Position numbers and translations under genes: made by a program
Part shown: positions 8,084-16,810 of the stretch, piece after piece
Numbering within the stretch: position 1 is the first letter of the stretch
Layout: each line of letters opens with the position of its first letter
IMG/VR virus record: IMGVR_UViG_3300045988_134682
Location: 33,707-97,706 of that record
Strand: one strand, 5' to 3'
DNA from: a virus
DNA: 64,000 nucleotides
Notes under the pieces: model-generated
Databases searched by the model: none
Told to the model about the DNA's origin: nothing
Seen by the model: only the letters and a program-made list of their open reading frames with translations

Positions 8084-9460
8084 ATGCGTACTTTAAAGAG
8101 AGTAGATAAGAATTTAGCGGGTAAATTGAAGATTCCTAATAATATAACTAATATTGATAGTTTTGCTTTTAGCGGATGTAACAATTTAATATCAATAGAT
8201 ATCCCAAATAGTGTAACTCGAATTGATTCTGGTGCTTTTCAAGGTTGCAAAAATTTAACATCAATTCATCTTTCTGATAATATAACTTCTATTAATTGGG
8301 GAACTTTTGATAGTTGTAACAATTTAATATCAATAGATATCCCAAATAGTGTAACTCGAATTGGGGAGGGCGCCTTTAATTATTGTACGAGCTTAACATC
8401 AGTAAATATTCCAGATAGTGTAATTAGTATTGATAAGTTGGCTTTTAGAAATTGTAAAAAATTAACCTCAATAAATATTCCAGATGGTGTAATTAGTATT
8501 GGAGAAAAAACTTTTGAAGACTGTGCAAATTTAACTTCAATAAATATTCCAGATGGTGTGACCAATATTGGACAAGAAGCTTTTAAAAATTGTGCAAATT
8601 TAACTTCAATAAATATTCCAGATGGTGTAACTATTATTGGAGGTTCAGCTTTTGCTGGTTGCACGAATTTAACTTCAATAAATATTCCAGATAGTACTTC
8701 TGAAATTTATGTAGGAGCATTTAAAGATTGTGTAAATTTAACTTCAATTCGTTTTCCAGATGGATCAAAGTATGTTGCTGAGAGAGTTTGTGAAGGATGT
8801 TCAAACTTAACTTCTGTTGTTATAGCTGATAGTGTTGAAACAATTTATAAGTATGCTTTTTCTAAATGTTCTAATTTAATATCTATAGATATTCCTAGTA
8901 ATATAACTAAAATTAGTTCATATGCTTTTAGTGACTGTACAAATTTAACTTCAATTACTATTCCTAATAGTGCTGTTGATATTGAAATACATGCTTTTGA
9001 AAATTTACCTTATATGCCAAAAGGAACTTATGAATATAATTCTATGAAATATAAAAATGGAATATTATGTACTGGTATTTGGGAAGATGATTTATATTAC
9101 AAAGATGGAATATTAGGTACTGGTATTTATGAAGATAAATATTACAAAGATGGAGTACGTAGTATATTATTTACTGGTATTTATAATGATAAATACTATG
9201 AAAATGGTATGCTTTTCACTGGTATTAAGGACGGCCAATACTATGAAAATGGCGTACTTGCTAAACCAGCATATTCAACAATTACAGAATCTAATGGTGT
9301 TTTAGAAGTAACAGGTGATTATAAAGAAATCGCAAATGATAATGGCACAACTTTATATCTTGAAACGCTTGATGTTACTGAATCTAATGACACTTTAACG
9401 ATTAATAGTAATTATGTAAAAGAAATCCCTAACGAAAAGGGAACAACATTATATATTTAA
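8084..9460 (+). CDS. receptor-binding/adhesin-like protein: BspA-type leucine-rich repeats plus choline-type cell-wall-binding repeats
   Basis: About 12 tandem 22-aa LRRs (NLTSINIPDGVTxIGxxAFxxC). C-terminal YYKDG..TGIYEDKYY repeats resemble CW_binding_1 repeats. Confidence 0.7.
   Translation: MRTLKRVDKNLAGKLKIPNNITNIDSFAFSGCNNLISIDIPNSVTRIDSGAFQGCKNLTSIHLSDNITSINWGTFDSCNNLISIDIPNSVTRIGEGAFNYCTSLTSVNIPDSVISIDKLAFRNCKKLTSINIPDGVISIGEKTFEDCANLTSINIPDGVTNIGQEAFKNCANLTSINIPDGVTIIGGSAFAGCTNLTSINIPDSTSEIYVGAFKDCVNLTSIRFPDGSKYVAERVCEGCSNLTSVVIADSVETIYKYAFSKCSNLISIDIPSNITKISSYAFSDCTNLTSITIPNSAVDIEIHAFENLPYMPKGTYEYNSMKYKNGILCTGIWEDDLYYKDGILGTGIYEDKYYKDGVRSILFTGIYNDKYYENGMLFTGIKDGQYYENGVLAKPAYSTITESNGVLEVTGDYKEIANDNGTTLYLETLDVTESNDTLTINSNYVKEIPNEKGTTLYI
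8144..8990 (+). repeat. tandem 66-nt (22-codon) LRR-encoding repeats
   Basis: Near-identical nucleotide repeats, for example 8196-8250 versus 8319-8373. They also create a spurious antisense ORF. Confidence 0.7.
9044..9259 (+). repeat. tandem cell-wall-binding-type repeats (about 48-54 nt units)
   Basis: At least four repeats of the GTGIxxDxYYKDG motif. Confidence 0.55.
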
Positions 9461-9480
9461 TTTTAGGAAGAAAAAATATT

Positions 9481-9873
9481 ATGGCAATTAATAAAGTTAT
9501 TGTAAATGGTGAAACCAAACTTGATTTAACAGCTGATACTGCTACCGTAGATAATGTTCAAAAAGGTTTTACTTTTCATGATGCTACTGGTGTATTAAAA
9601 ACTGGAGTAGCTAATGTTGGCGGAATAGATGGTTATTATATTGAAAAGATTTTCGATGCTGATGAAATTCATAATGATAATAGTACTGTAAGTGTTGATG
9701 TTACCACAAATGGTAAGTATTGCTTCTTTTGTATCGATGAACTTAGTAGCTATATTAATATAATTGAATGGTATGACGGTAGTAATGGTTATAATAAAAC
9801 AGTATATGTTATATCTACTCAGCCCATTGAAAATCTATCATGGTATGAAAATAGTTCTTCTTCCTCTTACTAA
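9481..9873 (+). CDS. hypothetical protein (tail module)
   Basis: ORF with Ser-rich C-terminus. Confidence 0.45.
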   Translation: MAINKVIVNGETKLDLTADTATVDNVQKGFTFHDATGVLKTGVANVGGIDGYYIEKIFDADEIHNDNSTVSVDVTTNGKYCFFCIDELSSYINIIEWYDGSNGYNKTVYVISTQPIENLSWYENSSSSSY

Positions 9874-9894
9874 TTTTAACTCTATACAACATTT

Positions 9895-11550
9895 ATGTAT
9901 AAATTATCTATAATCACAATAAATAAAAATAATTCCATCGGATTAGAAAAAACAATTCAAAGTGTCATTAACCAAACGTATTTTGATAAAATAGAATATA
10001 TTATTATAGATGGGCTATCTACTGATAGCTCATCTTTTATAATAGACAAATACAAAGATTATTTTTCTTATTGGATTTCCGAAGAAGATAATGGTATTTA
10101 CGATGCAATGAATAAGGGTACTAATGCCGCCATAGGAAAGTATTTATTATTCTTAAATAGTGGAGATGTATTATATCATAATAAAATCATTGAAGAAATT
10201 TATTCAGAATTAAATACATATGATATTGTATATGGAGGCGTTGAATATGAAGGAGAAAAACATATTATTCGAATTCCTCCAGAAAAATTAGATTATATTT
10301 ATTTTTCAAAAAGACGATCAGTATTTCATCAGGGTGCTTTTATTTCTAAAAAATTATTATTAGAATTACCATACGACACTTCATATAAATTAATGGGAGA
10401 TGTAAATTTCTTTTTTAATGCAATATGTATAAAAAAAGCAACTTATAAAAGAATATTAAAAAAAATTGCTATTTTTGATATAAATGGGATATCTTCTAGA
10501 GAAGTTTATGCAAAAGAAAAAGAAAAAACTAAGATTCTATTAAATGGATTAAAATATATTGAAGACGAAAATATTAAACAAAATTTTCTAAAAAATATAA
10601 AAGTTTATAATCGACTTATTAATCAGCTTCCAATAGATTTTGTTTTTCCATATGTGGATAATTCCGATCCAAATTGGATTCAACAATATATGAACTGTTG
10701 TACTCGTCGTCGTATGAGATTTAATACAGAAGATGTTAGATATAGAGACTATGGCACTTTAAAATATCTTTTACGAGGAATTGATAAGTGTCTACCATGG
10801 ATTAGAAATATTTATATAATTGTTGAGCAAGAAAGTCAAGTGCCAAATTGGTTAAATAGAGATAATGTAAAAATAGTATATCACAAAGATATTATTCCAG
10901 AAGATTTTTTACCTACATATAATAGTGGAACTATTGAAATGTATTTAAAAAACATTCCTGAACTATCTGAATATTTTATATATGGAAATGATGATATGTT
11001 TCCTATTTCTTTAATGGATAAATCAAATTTTTTTGACGAAGATGGACTTCCTATTCTTTCAATGCAAAAATATCAAATGGAAGATAACTGGCGTCCTAAT
11101 ACATATCAATCTATGTTACTTAATTCTAATTTTATAGCTTATAATGATTTAAATCTTATAAGAGAAGATAATACAATAATAAAATGGAATCATACGATAA
11201 CTCCAATGAGGAAATCTACTTGGGAAGGATTATTTAATAGACATAGAGAAGAAATTGAAAAATCCTGTTCAACATTTAGATCTCCTAAAAATATAACTCA
11301 AGAATTAGTCAATTCATGGCATTATTTATCGGGTCAGTATAATAAAGATTATACATTAAAAGTGAATTATATTAGTATTCAAGATATAAAAAATGAAGAT
11401 ATCTTATATGAATCTATAAAAGATTATCAAGTTATTTGTATTAATGATGGTAATATAAATAAAGAAATTTTACCATTTGAAAAAATTAAAAGTATAATCT
11501 TGAATACATTTGAAAAATTATTCCCAGAAAAAAGTAAATATGAATTATAA
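9895..11550 (+). CDS. glycosyltransferase family 2 domain fused to a Stealth-family (hexose-1-phosphoryl transferase-like) domain
   Basis: N-terminus SIITINKNN...IEYIIIDGLSTD...EDNGIYDAMNKG matches GT2. Downstream IDFVFPYVDNSDPNWIQQY (Stealth CR2), RYRDYGTLKYLLRGIDKCLPWIRNIYIIV (CR3) and YGNDDMFPI (CR4). Confidence 0.65.
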   Translation: MYKLSIITINKNNSIGLEKTIQSVINQTYFDKIEYIIIDGLSTDSSSFIIDKYKDYFSYWISEEDNGIYDAMNKGTNAAIGKYLLFLNSGDVLYHNKIIEEIYSELNTYDIVYGGVEYEGEKHIIRIPPEKLDYIYFSKRRSVFHQGAFISKKLLLELPYDTSYKLMGDVNFFFNAICIKKATYKRILKKIAIFDINGISSREVYAKEKEKTKILLNGLKYIEDENIKQNFLKNIKVYNRLINQLPIDFVFPYVDNSDPNWIQQYMNCCTRRRMRFNTEDVRYRDYGTLKYLLRGIDKCLPWIRNIYIIVEQESQVPNWLNRDNVKIVYHKDIIPEDFLPTYNSGTIEMYLKNIPELSEYFIYGNDDMFPISLMDKSNFFDEDGLPILSMQKYQMEDNWRPNTYQSMLLNSNFIAYNDLNLIREDNTIIKWNHTITPMRKSTWEGLFNRHREEIEKSCSTFRSPKNITQELVNSWHYLSGQYNKDYTLKVNYISIQDIKNEDILYESIKDYQVICINDGNINKEILPFEKIKSIILNTFEKLFPEKSKYEL

Positions 11551-11565
11551 AAAAGGAGGCAAGAT

Positions 11566-12687
11566 ATGAAAGCACTAATTACTGGAATTAATGGGCAAGA
11601 TGGTTCATATCTTGCCGAGTTACTTTTATCGAAAAATTATGAAGTTCATGGAATTATTCGTAGAACATCGACGAACAATTTAAATAGAATTCAACATATT
11701 TTATCTAAAATTACTTTACATTATGGAGATTTATCAGATAGTTTGTCTTTGATAAAAATAATTCAAAATGTAAAGCCTGATGAAATATATAATCTTGCCG
11801 CACAATCAGATGTTAAGGTGTCATTCTCAACACCAGAATATACTGCTGATATTGATGCATTAGGAACTCTAAGATTACTAGAAGCGTGCAGAATTTGTGG
11901 AATAGATAAAACAGTTAAGTTTTATCAAGCCTCTACTTCTGAATTATTCGGAAAAGTAGAGGCTTTTCCACAATCCGAAACCACGCCATTTCATCCCTAT
12001 TCTCCATACGCAATTGCAAAACAATATTCGTATTGGATTGTAAAAGAATATAGAGAAGCATATAGAATGTTTGCGGTAAATGGTATTTTATTTAATCATG
12101 AATCTGAAAGACGTGGTGAAGAATTTGTAACTCGTAAGATAACAAAATCTGTAGCTCATATTATGAATGGCACACAAGACCATTTAGAATTAGGGAATTT
12201 AGATTCTTTAAGAGATTGGGGATATGCAAATGATTATGTTGAAGCAATGTGGTTAATGCTTCAAAACGATACCCCAGATGATTTTGTTATTGCTACTGCG
12301 GATGATGGCATTTTGATTAGTTCAAGAAATGATGCTGAAAAAATCAGAAATTTAATTCCACTTCATAGACCTAATTATGAAGAAAAAAGATGGGGCGCAT
12401 ATAAAGTTTTAAAACAAGATGATAATTATCTTGTTAAAGAATTAGAACTATTGCCTTATAAAGAAATATCTTATCAATCTCATAATTATAGAAAAGAAAC
12501 ATGGACTATTGTTCAAGGGTCTGGAGAAGTAATTATTGATGGTATTACTCAACAGGTAAAGTCTGGTGATATAGTCAATATAGAAATAAAACAAAAGCAT
12601 AAACTTATTGCTGGAGAAAATGGGATTAAAATTTTTGAAGTGCAAATAGGAGATGTGCTAGAAGAGTCTGATATTATTAGATATTAA
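11566..12687 (+). CDS. GDP-mannose 4,6-dehydratase-like SDR (truncated) fused to C-terminal cupin domain
   Basis: N-terminus [31 protein letters not shown] matches Gmd and runs to DDFVIATA. The last 110 aa or so ([30 protein letters not shown]) resemble a cupin beta-barrel. Confidence 0.65.
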   Translation: MKALITGINGQDGSYLAELLLSKNYEVHGIIRRTSTNNLNRIQHILSKITLHYGDLSDSLSLIKIIQNVKPDEIYNLAAQSDVKVSFSTPEYTADIDALGTLRLLEACRICGIDKTVKFYQASTSELFGKVEAFPQSETTPFHPYSPYAIAKQYSYWIVKEYREAYRMFAVNGILFNHESERRGEEFVTRKITKSVAHIMNGTQDHLELGNLDSLRDWGYANDYVEAMWLMLQNDTPDDFVIATADDGILISSRNDAEKIRNLIPLHRPNYEEKRWGAYKVLKQDDNYLVKELELLPYKEISYQSHNYRKETWTIVQGSGEVIIDGITQQVKSGDIVNIEIKQKHKLIAGENGIKIFEVQIGDVLEESDIIRY

Positions 12688-12707
12688 AATAGAAAGGAAT
12701 TTTTATT

Positions 12708-13463
12708 ATGGCAAAAAAATTTTTAGATAACGTTGGTTTGGCAAAATATAATGCGAAAATTAAAGAATATATTGATGCTCAAAACGACGCGGTGAAACAA
12801 CTTGTTGGAGAAACACTTGTTACTGCTCAAATTGAAACTGCTATTTCTAATGCTAAGACTGAGCTTGAGAATAAGATTGGCAATATTACTGAAGGTAAAA
12901 CTCTTGTAAGTATGATTGCTGATAATGCCGCTGCAATTGAAGCTCATAAGACTGCGGTTGATACTAAAGTAACTACTTTAATTGGCTCTGATACTGACAA
13001 GTCTGTTCGTGATATTGCTAATGAGGAGTTGGCTGCTCAGTTAATTCCTGATGACGCTAAAGAATCTCTTAATACTCTGCAAGAGATCGCTAATTGGATT
13101 CAAAATCATCCTGATGATGCTTCTGCAATGAATGCAGCTATTGCAGCTTTACAAGCAAAAACTAAACTCGGAACATATATTCCAGAGGGACAAACAGAAG
13201 CTGTTGAATATGCAACGGTTGATGCTTATGTAGAAGCTATTAAAAAAAGCTTAACAACAAATATTTCTACTGAATTATCAAGTAAGATAGATGCTAATAA
13301 GGATGCTATCGATATCATTAATGGCGATAGTAATACAGAGGGTTCTATCAATAAGGCTCTTGCAGATGCAAAAGCATATGCTGATAATAAAATTCAATCT
13401 ATGACTAATGAAGAAATTGAAGCTATTATCGCTAATGCAAAAACATCTCAACCTCAATCTTAA
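12708..13463 (+). CDS. Ala-rich coiled-coil structural (fibre-like) protein with shared N-terminal motif
   Basis: N-terminus MAKKFLDNVGLAKY is paralogous to CDS 7589 and CDS 13618. Heptad-rich Ala/Glu/Lys sequence. Confidence 0.5.
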   Translation: MAKKFLDNVGLAKYNAKIKEYIDAQNDAVKQLVGETLVTAQIETAISNAKTELENKIGNITEGKTLVSMIADNAAAIEAHKTAVDTKVTTLIGSDTDKSVRDIANEELAAQLIPDDAKESLNTLQEIANWIQNHPDDASAMNAAIAALQAKTKLGTYIPEGQTEAVEYATVDAYVEAIKKSLTTNISTELSSKIDANKDAIDIINGDSNTEGSINKALADAKAYADNKIQSMTNEEIEAIIANAKTSQPQS

Positions 13464-13467
13464 CTCC

Positions 13468-13496
13468 TTGACAAAAAATTTTTTTTATGGTATAAT
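13468..13496 (+). promoter_or_regulatory. sigma-70-like promoter (TTGACA -17- TGgTATAAT)
   Basis: ttgaca 13468-13473, tataat 13491-13496. Confidence 0.5.
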
Positions 13497-13545
13497 ATAA
13501 TTATATAAGGGGGATAAAAAAGGAATTATTCCTTTTTATCCCCCT
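13497..13545 (+). other. strong leader hairpin (aagggggataaaaaagg/cctttttatccccctt) followed by T-run, between promoter and CDS 13618
   Basis: Roughly 16-bp stem immediately after the -10 element, followed by tattttttaag. Attenuator-like or terminator-like. Confidence 0.45.
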
Positions 13546-13617
13546 TATATTTTTTAAGAAAATAATTCTAAAATAAAAATCTTTTATCTTAAGAAGTTAG
13601 TAAAAGGAGGATAAAGT

Positions 13618-13929
13618 ATGGCAGCATCTAAAAAAATTTTAGATGAAAATGGATTATTAGCATTATGGCATCAAATTGAAAATAATTTTATTTCATCTGA
13701 GAATATTGAACAAATTGTTTATGCAATTGAGTCAATTAAAGCAGATAAAGATTCTCCTGAATTTACAGGAATTCCAATTGCTCCAACCGCAAGTCCAAAT
13801 ACAAATACCACACAAATTGCAACTACTGAATTTGTTAATACTGCTATTGCTGAATTAAGTGCATTATTTTCTTCTTACAAAGAGCAAGTAGATAATGCTT
13901 TAGCAGAGATAAAAAATAAAATAGGCTAA
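13618..13929 (+). CDS. hypothetical structural protein with shared N-terminal motif
   Basis: RBS aaaaggagg. N-terminus MAASKKILDENGLLALWHQIE. Confidence 0.5.
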   Translation: MAASKKILDENGLLALWHQIENNFISSENIEQIVYAIESIKADKDSPEFTGIPIAPTASPNTNTTQIATTEFVNTAIAELSALFSSYKEQVDNALAEIKNKIG

Positions 13930-13967
13930 ATAGATATTTTATATCTATTTAGCCTATTTTATTTTTT
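13924..13967 (+). terminator. rho-independent terminator
   Basis: ggctaaatagatat/atatctatttagcc stem followed by a T-rich run. Overlaps the stop codon. Confidence 0.65.
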
Positions 13968-13968
13968 A

Positions 13969-13997
13969 TTGATTTTTTATAAAAAATATATTATAAT
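13969..13997 (+). promoter_or_regulatory. conserved-family promoter
   Basis: ttgatt 13969-13974, 17-nt spacer, tataat 13992-13997, then atatatagaaaatgag. Confidence 0.55.
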
Positions 13998-14030
13998 ATA
14001 TATAGAAAATGAGAAAGAGGATAAATAAAA

Positions 14031-14840
14031 ATGAAAGATATTAGCTATTATTGGGCAGATAAATCTCAAAGAGCAATTATTGCACAAGAGCATACTAAGC
14101 AAATGAATGAGCAATTTGCTAGTGAGATTGCGGAAAGTGTAATGAATAGTAAAATTTATAGCAAAGATTTTAAAGCAACAACGCCCGCAAGAAATTTAGA
14201 GGAAGCAGATATTGCTCTTGATGCTGTTGGAAGTGTTGAAGCTATTGTAGCTTGCGATTCTACAGATGGAAAAGTTGCGGTTCTTAATTTCGCTTCATAT
14301 AAAAATCCTGGCGGAATGTTTATTAATGGGTCTCGTGCTCAGGAAGAATGTCTGTGCCATGAATCTTTTCTTTACAACGTATTAAGCCAAATTCCAAATT
14401 ATTATGATTGGAATGAAAAACACAAGAATCGTGCTTTATATGAGAATAGAGCAATTTATTCTCCAAATATCAGATTTGAGCATTCTGGCATTGAAAAATA
14501 CTGCGATGTAATTACTTGCGCCGCACCTAATTTTACTGCCGCTGCAAAGTATTGCAACGTAGATAGAAAAGAAAATAAAAAAGTTCTTGAATCAAGAATT
14601 CGATTCGTTTTTGAAGTAGCAAAACAGAATCAGGTTGATACTCTCATTTTAGGGGCTTTTGGATGCGGAGTGTTTGGACAGAATGCAGATGATGTTGCAG
14701 AAATTTTTATCAATCTGTTAGTTACAGATTATGCAACTGAATTTAAGAAAGTAATTTTCGCAATTCCGATTATCAATAATGATTCTATCAATTACAGTAA
14801 ATTTCAGAATATGTTTGATGAATTGTTAGAGGAGAATTAA
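14031..14840 (+). CDS. PARG-like macrodomain protein (DUF2263 / bacterial-type poly(ADP-ribose) glycohydrolase family)
   Basis: Signature NFASYKNPGGMFINGSRAQEECLC (GGG-x6-8-QEE) and glycine-rich ILGAFGCGVFGQN diphosphate-binding loop. Confidence 0.6.
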   Translation: MKDISYYWADKSQRAIIAQEHTKQMNEQFASEIAESVMNSKIYSKDFKATTPARNLEEADIALDAVGSVEAIVACDSTDGKVAVLNFASYKNPGGMFINGSRAQEECLCHESFLYNVLSQIPNYYDWNEKHKNRALYENRAIYSPNIRFEHSGIEKYCDVITCAAPNFTAAAKYCNVDRKENKKVLESRIRFVFEVAKQNQVDTLILGAFGCGVFGQNADDVAEIFINLLVTDYATEFKKVIFAIPIINNDSINYSKFQNMFDELLEEN

Positions 14841-14841
14841 T

Positions 14842-15051
14842 ATGAATTCTTTTACTATCACAATTACAAATTGCCTTGATTGTCCAGACCATGATGTTCG
14901 TCCTATTTACACTCCAGATTCTTGGGACCATGAGGAAGGATGTTATTGTAAACTTGCTAAAGATGTAAATGGATATGACAAATTAGTTGCAGGAGACGAT
15001 TGGCATTTAAGAAGATATACTGACATTCCAGATTGGTGTCCAAAATTATGA
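14842..15051 (+). CDS. small Cys-rich hypothetical protein
   Basis: CLDCPDH...CYC...WCP pattern. Start overlaps the upstream stop. Confidence 0.4.
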   Translation: MNSFTITITNCLDCPDHDVRPIYTPDSWDHEEGCYCKLAKDVNGYDKLVAGDDWHLRRYTDIPDWCPKL

Positions 15052-15356
15052 CGTATATTTCTGAATATTTTTATAGTAATTGCTTAATCGAAGCTATTAA
15101 AGCTAAGATTAAGCATCCTATAAAAGTAAAAATAAAATATATTCCAGCAAGATTAAATGAAGTATTTTGTCCGCATTTAATGTGGCATGATGGTGAATAT
15201 ACTTATGATTTTTGGGCTTGCGGGCATTTAAAGCCATATCAAATTTTATGGCATAAAGGTAAGATAAGAAAAAACGAATATGATTATTATGATAAATGTA
15301 TAAAAACTTTAAAAGAATGGAAAGAAAGAGGTAAACAAGATGCCGGTAAGAGATGA
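15033..15356 (+). CDS. hypothetical protein
   Basis: ORF overlapping both neighbours (operonic). Confidence 0.4.
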   Translation: MVSKIMTYISEYFYSNCLIEAIKAKIKHPIKVKIKYIPARLNEVFCPHLMWHDGEYTYDFWACGHLKPYQILWHKGKIRKNEYDYYDKCIKTLKEWKERGKQDAGKR

Positions 15357-16215
15357 TTTAGGTACTCGTATGAAAACCTTTTATGAAAATATTCCTAAAA
15401 CTCGACTTATGAGAAGAGTTCCAGTAGCAATTAGGCTGGACGGCAAGGCGTTTCATACTTTTACAAGAGGTTTTCAAAAGCCATTTGATTTTGTGCTAAT
15501 GGATACAATGCAACAAACAATGAAATATTTATGTGAAAATATTCAAGGATGTGTATTGGGATATACTCAGTCTGATGAGATTACATTGATTCTTGTTGAT
15601 TATAAGAAATTAAATTCTGCTGCATGGTTTGATTATGAAGTTCAGAAAATGTGCAGTATCGCAGCAAGTATGGCTACAATGGCGTTTAATAGATTTTTCA
15701 TGTATGAATATGAAGAGTTTAATAGATGGGTTAATGAAGGAAATCCAACAGATGAAGATAGACGATTAAATGATATTTATTATGATGCGATGTGTAAAGG
15801 TGCAATGTTTGATGCACGTTGTTTCAATATTCCAAAAGAAGAAGTAACTAACCTCATTTATTGGCGGCAACTTGATGCAACAAGAAATAGTATTCAAATG
15901 GTTGGACAAGCTCATTTTTCACATGATGAGCTTCAAGATAAAACTTGTAATATGATTCAAGATATGTTAATGACCAAGTATGGCATTAACTGGAATGATT
16001 TTACAACACCATGTAAACGAGGCACTGCATGTATTAGAATTGGAAAAAAAGTAACTGAAAATATCAAAAGAGAACCTCAACCTTTTGGAGAAGATAAAGT
16101 TACAACTACAATTATTGAAGAAAGACCTATCTGGGTTATTGACAAGAATATGCCTATTTTAAAAGGCGAAGACCGCAAATATGTTGATGATTTAATTTAC
16201 ATAGGAGAAGAATAA
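15340..16215 (+). CDS. Thg1-like protein (tRNA-His guanylyltransferase family, 3'-5' nucleotidyltransferase)
   Basis: VPVAIRLDGKAFHTFTRGFQKPFD...VLGYTQSDEITLIL aligns with the Thg1/TLP core motifs (RxDG+xFHxF, KPxD, YGQSDE). Confidence 0.75.
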   Translation: MPVRDDLGTRMKTFYENIPKTRLMRRVPVAIRLDGKAFHTFTRGFQKPFDFVLMDTMQQTMKYLCENIQGCVLGYTQSDEITLILVDYKKLNSAAWFDYEVQKMCSIAASMATMAFNRFFMYEYEEFNRWVNEGNPTDEDRRLNDIYYDAMCKGAMFDARCFNIPKEEVTNLIYWRQLDATRNSIQMVGQAHFSHDELQDKTCNMIQDMLMTKYGINWNDFTTPCKRGTACIRIGKKVTENIKREPQPFGEDKVTTTIIEERPIWVIDKNMPILKGEDRKYVDDLIYIGEE

Positions 16216-16368
16216 ATGATAAGAGGATATAGCATTTCTGAAGAGGATATTGATAGAGTAATGCCTTTTGTAAGAGGTGTGATTCATGAACTTGAAGTCA
16301 GTATTTCTATGTATTATTGCGGATATACAGGAGAAATTTCTTTGGGTATTTGTGAGGAGGAATGCTAA
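16216..16368 (+). CDS. small hypothetical protein (50 aa)
   Basis: Start adjacent to the upstream stop. Overlaps the next start. Confidence 0.3.
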   Translation: MIRGYSISEEDIDRVMPFVRGVIHELEVSISMYYCGYTGEISLGICEEEC

Positions 16369-16796
16369 TGGGGTGTAATTATGATATTACAAAAGTGAAT
16401 AAATTATTTAATTTGGCAGTTCAATATTATCCTAAGAAAAAATTAGTTCATGCTTTGCGGGTTGCTGAATATGCGACCGCAAAAGCCAGTGCTTTAAAAA
16501 TTGATACAGTAAAGACTTATATGATCGCCTTAGCGCACGATTTGTTAGAGGATACTGAATGTCCAAAAGAAGATTTAATGTCTATTTTAGGTATAGAGAG
16601 TTATAATTCAGTAGTTCTTTTAACTAAAGATGCACAAGAAAAATATGAAGATTATATTCATAAGATTCTTGATGCAGGAGATGACTATGCTTTTGTTGTT
16701 AAACAGGCAGATATGAAAGACCATATGACTTTAACTGATACACTTACAGAAAAATTGCTGGATAAATATATTCCTGTATTGCATTATTTCTTATAA
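16362..16796 (+). CDS. HD-domain phosphohydrolase (YfbR/DatZ-like dNTPase or Mesh1/SpoT-like hydrolase)
   Basis: H...HALRVA...ALAHDLLEDT motif (H, HD, D metal ligands). Confidence 0.55.
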   Translation: MLMGCNYDITKVNKLFNLAVQYYPKKKLVHALRVAEYATAKASALKIDTVKTYMIALAHDLLEDTECPKEDLMSILGIESYNSVVLLTKDAQEKYEDYIHKILDAGDDYAFVVKQADMKDHMTLTDTLTEKLLDKYIPVLHYFL

Positions 16797-16810
16797 GGAA
16801 GGATTTATGT

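Noticed and set aside
8380-8664. 94-aa minus-strand ORF with internal repeats, and possible CRISPR-like periodicity of the 66-nt repeats
   Set aside because: The repeats are coding leucine-rich repeats of CDS 8084 (22-codon units). They diverge between units and have no spacer structure, so this is not a CRISPR array. The antisense ORF is an artefact of the repeats.
11566-12687. Considered annotating as a full-length functional Gmd
   Set aside because: The Gmd-like region stops at about residue 245 (DDFVIATA). The C-terminal third is replaced by a cupin-like domain. Called as a fusion or truncated variant instead.
13676-13858. 60-aa + strand ORF overlapping CDS 13618 in another frame
   Set aside because: Lies wholly within a better-supported ORF with RBS. 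Low-complexity Leu/Gln-rich translation.
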